Below, piece by piece: positions 18,862 to 27,114 of a stretch of 64,000 nt of DNA (positions are counted from its first letter, which is position 1; each line of letters starts with the position of its first letter). A model generated the notes under the pieces. That model ran no database searches. It was not told where the DNA came from and saw nothing but the letters and a program-made list of their open reading frames with translations. Source of the stretch: an uncultured delta proteobacterium (GTDB lineage Bacteria; Myxococcota_A; Polyangia; Polyangiales; JAFGIB01); the NCBI GenBank assembly GCA_963778655.1, contig CAVZVA010000010.1, positions 1,312,001-1,376,000 of the forward strand. Reading direction: 5' to 3'. A program made the translations under genes and the position numbers.

Positions 18862-19727
18862 GCAACGGCCACAAGCCGGCGGGCAAGACCAAACGCAGCC
18901 CGGTCGTCCCCTCGCGCGGCACCGAGGTCACGCTGGTGGCCGACTTCCCGCGGCCCAAGGCGTGGGGCAAGCGCGGCACCAAGAGCGGCGACGCGGCCGA
19001 GATCGCCGTCTTGCAGGCGGGCGGCTGGCATCCGACCACCGATGACTTCATGCAGGTGGCCAACGTGCCCAACACGGGCCACAAGGGCAAGCCGCTCACC
19101 GAGATCATCAAGATCAAGACGATGGGTGAATTCCTAGGCGCGATCCTCGGCACCGGCGCGGGCGGAAAGCCCACCCGACCCAAGCACTCGATCAAGCGCC
19201 TCAATCTGATCAGCCACGGCATCGGGGAGCCCGGCCGCGAGCCTCTGTATGGGCTGTCGGGCGAGATCAAGGCCAACGGCGATTGCTTTCTCAACCTGTC
19301 GGTGCCCGAGAACGGCGATCCCAACGCGCCGATGGCCAGCGGCGGCATCGATCAATCGGTGCTGCAATGGCTCAACGGCAGCGCCAAGTCGATCCGCGAC
19401 GAGTGCCGCGAGCGCTTTCGAGAGGACGGCGAGATCGGCCTGATCCTGTGCAACGGCGCGGGCGCCCCGCTGGCGATTCTCGCCTCGCTGCTGATGCCCG
19501 AGATGGGCAAGGCCTTCAACGTGCGCATGCGCGGCTACGACGAGGAGATCGTCTACGACAACACCTTCAACGCGAACAGCTTCGTGTCGCGGGACCTCAC
19601 GCGGATCAAGAGCCAGACGCAATCGGGCATCGGCTACTTCTGCGCCGTGCCGGTGGCCAAGCCGCTCGCAGGCTTGCACCTGAAGTTCACCAAGGACATC
19701 GCCAAGCCCAAGACGCCCAAGCCATGA
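18858..19727 (+). CDS. Putative His-Cys (clan CD/DUF4347-like) protein, candidate effector
   Basis: IKRLNLISHG (His120) and IGLILCNG (Cys198). Lys-rich. ATGA-coupled on both sides. Confidence 0.55.
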   Translation: MSNGHKPAGKTKRSPVVPSRGTEVTLVADFPRPKAWGKRGTKSGDAAEIAVLQAGGWHPTTDDFMQVANVPNTGHKGKPLTEIIKIKTMGEFLGAILGTGAGGKPTRPKHSIKRLNLISHGIGEPGREPLYGLSGEIKANGDCFLNLSVPENGDPNAPMASGGIDQSVLQWLNGSAKSIRDECRERFREDGEIGLILCNGAGAPLAILASLLMPEMGKAFNVRMRGYDEEIVYDNTFNANSFVSRDLTRIKSQTQSGIGYFCAVPVAKPLAGLHLKFTKDIAKPKTPKP

Positions 19728-21028
19728 CCCGTGGACGCCCGCGCCCGGGGGCTCTGCCCGCGCTCGCCGCACTGCTCGCGTGCGCACTGTCGTGCGGTCG
19801 TGCGGCGACCTCGAGCAAGCCGGCCGCGCAGGCCGGGGCAGGGCAGACCGCGGGCGGCGCGCAGGCGGGCGCCGCGGCCGGCCCGCTCTCGCCGCGCTCC
19901 GCGACCGTGGTCTCACCGGCCTTCGACGAGCCCGCGCTCGCGGCAAGCCCGGACGGCCAGAGCGTGTGGCTCGCCAGCTATCTCGCGGAGCCGCCGCTGC
20001 GGCTGTCGCGCCGCGATCGCGAGGGCCGCGTCGTGCTCGACCTCACGCCGGGCGGGCTCGAGCTGCGCCAGGGGGCGAGCGGGATCGCGGCGACCTCCGC
20101 GGGCCCGATCGTCTACGGCAACAGCAACTCGGCGCACGGCTGGTTCGCCTATGTACGCCGCTTCGACCAGCAGGGGCACCCCGGCGCGCTGCGCGTCTTC
20201 CAGGGCGCGCTGTCCATGGACCAGGTCGTCGCCGGCGCGGACGGCGAGCTGACGCTGCTCGTCAGCGTGCGGGGCACGGTCGACTTCGGCGGGCAGCGCG
20301 TGATCGGGCCGCCGGTCGCTTCGCCGCTGCGCAGCATGCCGGTGGTCGTGCGCCTGGATGCGGCGGGCAAGCTGTGCTGGCTGCGGCACCTTCCCTATCG
20401 CGCACGCGGCTTCGCGCTGTCGTTTGGCCTCGCCGCGGCGGCGGACGGGCGGATCGCGATCTTGCGCACCAGCCTACCGCGGCCCGGCGACGGCCCCGCG
20501 GTCGAGATCTGGGACGCCGACGGCAAGCCGGTTTGGTCGAGCGGCGACCTCATGGTCGCCGAGCACGCAGCCTTTCGCAGCGACGGCACGCTGATCGCGG
20601 TCGGGACGACGGCGCCGCTTTCCGAGCGCGCGCTGCAACAGTCGCTGCCGGACTCGGTGGTGCTCGACGTGTACGGTCACGGCCAGCGCCACAGCCGGAC
20701 GCGGCTGTGCATGCGCTGCGGCAGCGCAGCCGGCCTCGGCGTCGACGCCGAGGGTCGCGTCGTGCTGCTCGTGCGCGTGGGCGGCGCCTTCGACTTTGGT
20801 GGCGTCGCGCTCACGCCGGCCGATGCGGAGGGCGAAGACTGGCTGCTCTTGCAGCTGCAGGACGGCCGGCTGCGCGCCCACCACCGCCTGCGTACCACGC
20901 ACGCGCGCCTGGCGGTTGGCGGAGGCAACGTCGCGGTCGTGGCGCAGGGCGTGCGCGGTATCACGGCGCTCGACGGTCGCGAGGTCGCCGCATACAACGC
21001 GAGCGTGCTGTTGCAATTCGATCCCTGA
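19724..21028 (+). CDS. Putative beta-propeller lipoprotein, candidate immunity protein
   Basis: MTRGRPRP...LLACALSC lipobox; repeats GTVDFGG/GAFDFGG and RLDAAGK..W. ATGA overlap with the upstream gene. Confidence 0.65.
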   Translation: MTRGRPRPGALPALAALLACALSCGRAATSSKPAAQAGAGQTAGGAQAGAAAGPLSPRSATVVSPAFDEPALAASPDGQSVWLASYLAEPPLRLSRRDREGRVVLDLTPGGLELRQGASGIAATSAGPIVYGNSNSAHGWFAYVRRFDQQGHPGALRVFQGALSMDQVVAGADGELTLLVSVRGTVDFGGQRVIGPPVASPLRSMPVVVRLDAAGKLCWLRHLPYRARGFALSFGLAAAADGRIAILRTSLPRPGDGPAVEIWDADGKPVWSSGDLMVAEHAAFRSDGTLIAVGTTAPLSERALQQSLPDSVVLDVYGHGQRHSRTRLCMRCGSAAGLGVDAEGRVVLLVRVGGAFDFGGVALTPADAEGEDWLLLQLQDGRLRAHHRLRTTHARLAVGGGNVAVVAQGVRGITALDGREVAAYNASVLLQFDP

Positions 21029-21062
21029 CGCGTGCCGAGCCCGGGCCGTGTAGCATGCCCGG

Positions 21063-21788
21063 GTGCGCCGCGTTTCGAACGCCCGCTGGCCCTGGCCATG
21101 GATCGCGCTGCTCGCGGCGTGCGCGCAGCACGGTGGCGACGCCCACGGCGCGCCGCCGGCCGCAGCACCGGCGGCGCGAGCGCAGCCCGCAGCCGCCGCC
21201 ACGCCGGCGAGCACGCCGGCCCAAGGCGGCGAGCCTGCCGCCTCGGCGCAGCGCGCGGTTGCTCCCGCTGTCGAAGCCGCAGGCCCGCAGGCCGAAGCGG
21301 CGAGCGCTGGCGCCCCCCCTGCGTCGTCCGCAGCTGCGCCCGGCACTCCGGCCGGCAGCGGCCAAGGCCGCGTGTGCGTGGCGCACCTGGACCTTTCGCG
21401 CTCGCCGGGCAAAGGCGAGGTGAGCACCGAAATGTACGGCCAGGGCCCGAGCGCGGCGCAGCTCGCCCGCGATCGCGCGGCCCGCGCGCGCGGCGTCGAC
21501 GTGCAGGTCGACGCGCTGCCCGCGGTGCGCGTCACGCTGAAGCAGGGCGCGCAGGTGCCGGGCGTGGCGCTGGGCGCGCGCCATCGCGTGCGCGTGCGCG
21601 CGCCCGACGGCAGCGCGCTTGCCAGCTTCGACTTCGACTTCGCCGACTACGAGAGCGACGTGGTGTGCGTCTACGACGACGCCTTCTACGCCAACTGGCG
21701 GATCAAGCGCGCCGACCGGCTCGACCGCTGCCGCTGCACCGAGCAGCCGCGCAAGCTGCGCACGCGCGGCGGCGCCCTGGTGCAGTGA
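21063..21788 (+). CDS. Putative lipoprotein with Ala/Pro linker and small Cys-containing domain
   Basis: Lipobox LLAAC; C-terminal FDFDFADY..VVCVYDDAFYANW...CRC. Confidence 0.65.
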   Translation: MRRVSNARWPWPWIALLAACAQHGGDAHGAPPAAAPAARAQPAAAATPASTPAQGGEPAASAQRAVAPAVEAAGPQAEAASAGAPPASSAAAPGTPAGSGQGRVCVAHLDLSRSPGKGEVSTEMYGQGPSAAQLARDRAARARGVDVQVDALPAVRVTLKQGAQVPGVALGARHRVRVRAPDGSALASFDFDFADYESDVVCVYDDAFYANWRIKRADRLDRCRCTEQPRKLRTRGGALVQ

Positions 21789-21812
21789 AACAGGCGCGGC
21801 GCGTCGCGCGCG

Positions 21813-23495
21813 TCAAGGCGGTGGTGCGAGCTTGCTGCCGACCACGCTGAGCTTGCCGTCGAGCCCGCGCTCCAGCGCGAACACCTGGTGATCATCGGTG
21901 ACGAGGAAGCCCTGCTCGAGCGCGGCATCGCGATGGTGCAGCACGTAACGCTGGCCGCTGTGGCCGTCCGCGCTGAAGGCGTCGCGGGCCAGGGTGAACT
22001 TGCGACCCTCCGCGGAGGTCGCGAAGAGGTCGAAGAACTCGAGCCGGGTGCGGTTGCGCCGGAAGTCCACCGAGAAGCGGTAGAAGCCGCTGTCGAAGGC
22101 GGGATCGTCGGGCGCGCTGCGGCCCGCGATCTTGTGGAAATCCACGTAGCCCTGGTCGAAGTCGCCGTCGGTCGGCTCGAACTCGGGGCCGAACTGCTCC
22201 TTATAGTAAGGGTAGAGCTTGCCCCACGACTTCGGCACGATGCGCATGAAGGCGATGCCGTTGCGCAGCGCGAACTCGCTGCCGGCGCCGGGCGGCGCGC
22301 CCAGCGTCGACTTGTCGAAGAACTTCGCTGCGGCCGCCAGGTAGGTGCGTTCCGGGTCGGCGAAGCGCTGGAACAGGTACTTGCACAGGAACTTGCGGTT
22401 GAGCCGGCGCTCGAGCCTGCCGAACGGCGGCATGAACAGGCGGTAGCTGAACAGCGCGGTCTCGCCCTTGGGCTTGACCTTCTCGCCCGCGGTGATCGCC
22501 AGACGGTATTCGCGCACCGCGTTGCAGCCGAAGGCGCGGAACACGCCGTCGCTGGCGAGCGCTTCCTTCATGTGCGGCCAGCCGTCGTCGGCCTGTACGT
22601 TTGCGGCCAGGAAGTCGCGCGAGCGGCCGTCGAAGTCGTAGGGCGAGCGCGCGTCGGGACGCGGGCGCTCGACATCGATGTCGTCGGTGTCGTAGAGAAT
22701 CGGGCCGCCCTCCCAGGCGTGGCTGAAGATGCTCACCTCCTTGACGCTGCCCGGCCGCTGCTCGCCGACCCGCGACAGATAGCGATACAGGTCGACGATC
22801 GAAAGCGCGCCGGCGGCTTGCAGCGCCCTGCCCATCTTCTCGGTGTCGTCGGACAGCGCCACGTGCCCGCGGCCCGGGCGCAGGCCCGCGGGCGGCGCCG
22901 GCAGGGGGCGCACGTCGACGAAGCCACGGTGCGCCTTGACGAAGGTGGCGGTGCCGCGGTTGTCGCATGACAGCACTGTCACGAGCGTGCCGGCGTCGAT
23001 CTTCTTCTCGCGAAACAGCGCGTCACGCCGGCCGAGCGCGAACGCCAGAAAGCGCGTACCGTGGCTTTCATATTCGGTGCCGCTCAGGAACACCACCTCC
23101 GACTGCGGAAAGAGCGTGACAGTGAAGGCGGTCTTGCGCACCTTCTGACCTTCGGCCTCGACCGTCTCGGCCACGAAGCTCACGCTCTTGGCCAGGCGCG
23201 AGGGCGGCGGTTTGGCGAAGAGCTCACCGGCCGCGTTCTGCTGCATCAGCAGCGGCTGCACCACGGGCGAGCTGTCCTTGCGCCGTACGATCAACAGCCA
23301 GGGCCCGGCGCTCACCTGCAGGGTGAACGACACGTAGTGGCCGCCGCCCTCGTGCTGGTGCGTAGCCGGCGCCTCCGCGTACGGGTATTCGAAGCCAAAG
23401 GCCTCGATCGTGGTCTCCGCTTGTAGCGCGACCTCGGCGTCTTCGACCGCCGCCCCGTCGGGGTCTCGCACGAGCACGTGCCACTGGTGTTCCAT
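21813..23495 (-). CDS. Putative His-Cys (clan CD/DUF4347-like) protein with N-terminal transthyretin-like beta-sandwich, candidate effector
   Basis: N-terminal VLVRDPDGAAVEDAEVAL; VKEVSIFSHAWEGGPIL (His259) and FRAFGCN (Cys324). No signal peptide. Confidence 0.6.
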   Translation of the reverse strand: MEHQWHVLVRDPDGAAVEDAEVALQAETTIEAFGFEYPYAEAPATHQHEGGGHYVSFTLQVSAGPWLLIVRRKDSSPVVQPLLMQQNAAGELFAKPPPSRLAKSVSFVAETVEAEGQKVRKTAFTVTLFPQSEVVFLSGTEYESHGTRFLAFALGRRDALFREKKIDAGTLVTVLSCDNRGTATFVKAHRGFVDVRPLPAPPAGLRPGRGHVALSDDTEKMGRALQAAGALSIVDLYRYLSRVGEQRPGSVKEVSIFSHAWEGGPILYDTDDIDVERPRPDARSPYDFDGRSRDFLAANVQADDGWPHMKEALASDGVFRAFGCNAVREYRLAITAGEKVKPKGETALFSYRLFMPPFGRLERRLNRKFLCKYLFQRFADPERTYLAAAAKFFDKSTLGAPPGAGSEFALRNGIAFMRIVPKSWGKLYPYYKEQFGPEFEPTDGDFDQGYVDFHKIAGRSAPDDPAFDSGFYRFSVDFRRNRTRLEFFDLFATSAEGRKFTLARDAFSADGHSGQRYVLHHRDAALEQGFLVTDDHQVFALERGLDGKLSVVGSKLAPPP

Positions 23496-23582
23496 CGAGC
23501 AGGCCAGCCGTAGCGCATTCGCGAGCCCGGGGGCAAGTGCCCGCGTGCCAACCGCTGGCCGAGCACTTCCAGACGCGATCGA

Positions 23583-26135
23583 TCACTCGGCGCTGGACGG
23601 GGCTGCCGTCGAGCTGCGTAGGGAGCGGGCGAGGCCCTCGAGCAGGTCCGCCAGCGGCGCCGCGAGCTCGGGCGGCGCCTCGATGCGCAGCCCTCCGTCG
23701 GGCAACGGCGCAAGCGAGATGCGAGAGAGCGCGGCGAGCAGCTCCGGCGGTGGCGCGGGCGCGCTGGCTCGAGACGGGAAGGAGCCCGGCTCTGGCCCCG
23801 CTGCTTGCTCGGACGCATCGACGACATCGAGCACATCGTCGCTCGCGCTCTCGGGCAAGACCGGCGCGTCCACCAGCTTCTTCACGCCGTCCAGGAACGA
23901 ATGGTCGCCCTCGAATCTCACCTCGTCGGTCGTGCCGTCGAACAACGAGGAGAACACCGCTTTCTTGTCGGCGATGAGCTGGGCAATGCGGGTCTCGATG
24001 CCCGCATCGGTGACCAGGTTGTAGACGTCGATGGGCTGGTTCTGGCCGAGCCGGTGGATGCGACCGATGCGCTGCTCGAGCACCGCGGGATTCCAGGGCA
24101 GCTCGAGGTTGATGCAACAAGTCGCCGCGCGCTGCAGATTCAGACCCACGCCGCCGGCATCGCTGAGGAACATCATGCTCACCGCCGGATCGTCGTGCAG
24201 GTCCACGATTGCGCGCTCGCGCTGCTTGGCGGATTCCGCCCCCGTGAAGAACACCGCCCGGCGCCCTGCAGCCGCGAGCAGGTCGCGCACGGCCCACTCG
24301 GCGAGGCGCAGCATGTTGCGCCACTGACTGAACACAACCGCTTTGCGGCCTTGTTCCAGCACCACCTGTTCTATCAGGCCGCGCAGCGCCGACAGCTTCG
24401 GCGCGCACAAGCTCTCGAGCAGCGCCGGCGTCGGTCGCCCTGCCTGCAGGCAGCGAGGCCATTCGTCTTCGAAATAGAGCTGTGCCAGGCCGTTGCAGAT
24501 CATGCGCTGCGTGGTCAATAGCTGCATCAGTTGCAGAAACTCCGGTTGCATCAGCGGCCGCCGCGCGGCGATGCTGACCAGCCGCGCGATCGGCGGCCTG
24601 AGCTCTTCGTGCTCGAGCTGCTGGGGCGGCGTCATCTCGACCGGTACGCGCGTGTCGGTCCGCGAAGGCAGCTGGCTGAGCACCTCCTTGCGCACGCGCC
24701 GCAACATCACGTCGGAGAGTCGCTGGCGTAGCGTGTCGAGGTGGCGCGCCCCGGCCATGCCGCGTGCGCCGCTTCCGATGCTCATGCTGTGCCAGGGCAC
24801 GAGCCGCCACTTGGGCTCGAGCGCCGCGTCGTCGACGAAATCCATGATCGAGGCGAGCTCTTCGAAGCGGTTCTCCATCGGGGTGCCGGTGAGCACCAGT
24901 CGATAGCGCGGCGCGAGCGCTTTGACGTAGGCAGCCGACTTGGTCGCCCAGTTCTTGATGCGTTGGGCCTCGTCGAGCACGCACAGCTCGGGCGCGAAGC
25001 GCTGGACCGCCGGAAAGTCGCGCAGGAGCTGCTCGTAGCCGATCACCAGAAAGCCACGCGCGGTGCGCGCGTAGAGATCGGCGCGTTCTGCCGGCGAGCC
25101 CTCGACCACGGTTAGTGGCACGCGCGTGGTCGCGTCCCATTCGCGCTTCCACTGCGACTTGAGCGCGGCCGGTACGATCAGCAGGCCCTTCCTGACCCGG
25201 CGGGTCTCAAATAATCCATGGCAGGCGGCAATCGCCTGCGTGGTCTTACCCAGGCCCATGTCGTCGGCGAGCAGCAAACGGCCGCTGTCGAACATCCGCC
25301 GCACGCCGTCGCGCTGGTACGGGTAGAGCTTGCGGCGCAGAGACGAGAGGCTCTTCGACGCGGCCGCGGTGCAACGCCGGCCATCCACGTGGCGCTCCGC
25401 GCGTGCCCGCTCTTCGGCCAGCAACGTCACCACCGCGGGCTCGGGCTCGAGGCGGCCGCGCGCGATCACACGTTCGAGCGCCGCGATTAGTGCAAGACGC
25501 CGCCCGGGATCGCGCAGCACTGCCGGCGACGGGCGGCCGTGCAAGAAGCCGTCGATCTGTAGCGTGCGAGCGCCCGGTACGAGCGCGAGGCGTGCCAGGC
25601 GGTCCGCGGGTCCGGTCAGCGGATGCGCAGGCGACCAGCTCAGCCGCGCGCGGCGACCGCCGCCGGCCAGGTGCGCACCGGCGCGCGTGCCCGCGCGGGG
25701 GAGCGTCTGCAGCACGGCCAGCCCGTGCTTGCACAATCCGAGCGAGCTGCGCAGAAAGTCTGCGCAGCCGCAGCTGAGCGCCAGCGGCTCCAGTGCCAAC
25801 AGCGCCATCTCATAGCCGTCCGATGCGCCGCGACTGCGCTGACCGGCTCGCTTCGCGCTGGCGACACGATAGGTCCCGAGCACGGCTCCACCGCTCGGAC
25901 GCTGTCTGACGCGCACCCCGTCACGTTGGCTGAAGGCGTAACGGCGCTCGAGCGCGGCCAGCGCAGCCCTGCGCACCGGCCAATCGGCATCCTCGGTCAT
26001 CCGTAGCACGTGCTCGACGATACGCTCGGGGGCGATGCGTCCGAATCTGCTCTTGGCAGCGGCGAGCAGCAGCTCGCGCGTCTCGGCGAGCGACCGCTCC
26101 GTCGAGGCAGGTTCCTGGTTGATGATTCGGTTCAC
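23583..26135 (-). CDS. SNF2-family helicase with SWIM zinc finger
   Basis: SWIM CGC..F......CKH; LLADDMGLGKT, LDEAQRIKN, LTGTPMEN, GGVGLNLQ, WNPAVLEQRIGRIHRLGQ. Confidence 0.95.
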   Translation of the reverse strand: MNRIINQEPASTERSLAETRELLLAAAKSRFGRIAPERIVEHVLRMTEDADWPVRRAALAALERRYAFSQRDGVRVRQRPSGGAVLGTYRVASAKRAGQRSRGASDGYEMALLALEPLALSCGCADFLRSSLGLCKHGLAVLQTLPRAGTRAGAHLAGGGRRARLSWSPAHPLTGPADRLARLALVPGARTLQIDGFLHGRPSPAVLRDPGRRLALIAALERVIARGRLEPEPAVVTLLAEERARAERHVDGRRCTAAASKSLSSLRRKLYPYQRDGVRRMFDSGRLLLADDMGLGKTTQAIAACHGLFETRRVRKGLLIVPAALKSQWKREWDATTRVPLTVVEGSPAERADLYARTARGFLVIGYEQLLRDFPAVQRFAPELCVLDEAQRIKNWATKSAAYVKALAPRYRLVLTGTPMENRFEELASIMDFVDDAALEPKWRLVPWHSMSIGSGARGMAGARHLDTLRQRLSDVMLRRVRKEVLSQLPSRTDTRVPVEMTPPQQLEHEELRPPIARLVSIAARRPLMQPEFLQLMQLLTTQRMICNGLAQLYFEDEWPRCLQAGRPTPALLESLCAPKLSALRGLIEQVVLEQGRKAVVFSQWRNMLRLAEWAVRDLLAAAGRRAVFFTGAESAKQRERAIVDLHDDPAVSMMFLSDAGGVGLNLQRAATCCINLELPWNPAVLEQRIGRIHRLGQNQPIDVYNLVTDAGIETRIAQLIADKKAVFSSLFDGTTDEVRFEGDHSFLDGVKKLVDAPVLPESASDDVLDVVDASEQAAGPEPGSFPSRASAPAPPPELLAALSRISLAPLPDGGLRIEAPPELAAPLADLLEGLARSLRSSTAAPSSAE

Positions 26136-26168
26136 GGATGGGTGGCCTACGCTCTCGCTCGCGGTAGA

Positions 26169-27110
26169 TCAACGCGCGCTGCTCGCCAGCAGCGCCCACA
26201 GCGCGTCCAGGCTCGGCGGCAGCGGCAGCGGCAGGGCGAGCCCCTCGCGCGCGAGCTGCACCGCGTCGGCGCGATCGGTCCACAGCGGCCACAGCCGCGC
26301 GCTGCGGTGGTGTGGGTCGGCGACGAAGCCCAGCAGCTGGTCGGAGGCGTGGCCGAGCGCGAGCAACAGCCGCGGGTCCGGCTCTTCGATCCATACGAAG
26401 GACGGTGCGTGGTGCGCCCAGCCCAGACAGCGCCGCGTCAAATCGAGCCAGGCGATCAGGTCGACGTCGTTGGTGATTGGACAATCGAGCACGGTCGGCG
26501 CGGACGCGGCAGGCGCGCCGCGCACGGCGGAGGTGGCGGTACGCAGCGTGTACAGGCCGTAGAGGTGGCCTTCCTGCGGGCTCTGCGCGAACACGCGTGC
26601 GAACATCGCGTCGGGAGCGGTCTGCGCCAGCACTTCGGCGCAGCGCTGCACGGCCAGACCGAGCGGCGCGGAGGGCACCTGCTCGAGCTCGGCCGCCTGC
26701 ACGCGCAGCGCCTGCAGCGACAGCCCTGGCAACGCCGCAAGCAGCTCCTCGGCGCGTGCCAGGAACGCGCCGTGCGCCAGCGCGATCGCCTGCAGCGCCT
26801 GCGCCGCCGAGTCGAGCGCGAGCCAGGTGTAGATCGCCAGCGGAAACGAGCGCCCCACCTGGTCCTGGCTCTTGCGCATCACGCCCACCGCCACCGCCTC
26901 GCAGCCCGGCGCGCTGAACACGAAACGCACACACGCGTCCGGCAGCTCCTGCTTGACCAGGTGCAGGCTCTGCACGCTCTTGACCAGCCACTGATCGAGC
27001 TCTTGCCCGATGCGCTCCGCGATCGGCTGTCGTACGAAGTCGGGCTGCTCGGGCAGCTTGCCCAGGAAGCCCACGCGTCGTTGCCCGTTGCCAGCTTGCT
27101 CCGACATCAC
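26169..27110 (-). CDS. tagF: T6SS-associated regulator TagF
   Basis: VGFLGKLPEQPDFVR and GVMRKSQDQVGRSFPL motifs; 4 bp downstream of tssM. Confidence 0.9.
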   Translation of the reverse strand: MMSEQAGNGQRRVGFLGKLPEQPDFVRQPIAERIGQELDQWLVKSVQSLHLVKQELPDACVRFVFSAPGCEAVAVGVMRKSQDQVGRSFPLAIYTWLALDSAAQALQAIALAHGAFLARAEELLAALPGLSLQALRVQAAELEQVPSAPLGLAVQRCAEVLAQTAPDAMFARVFAQSPQEGHLYGLYTLRTATSAVRGAPAASAPTVLDCPITNDVDLIAWLDLTRRCLGWAHHAPSFVWIEEPDPRLLLALGHASDQLLGFVADPHHRSARLWPLWTDRADAVQLAREGLALPLPLPPSLDALWALLASSAR

Positions 27111-27114
27111 ACCT

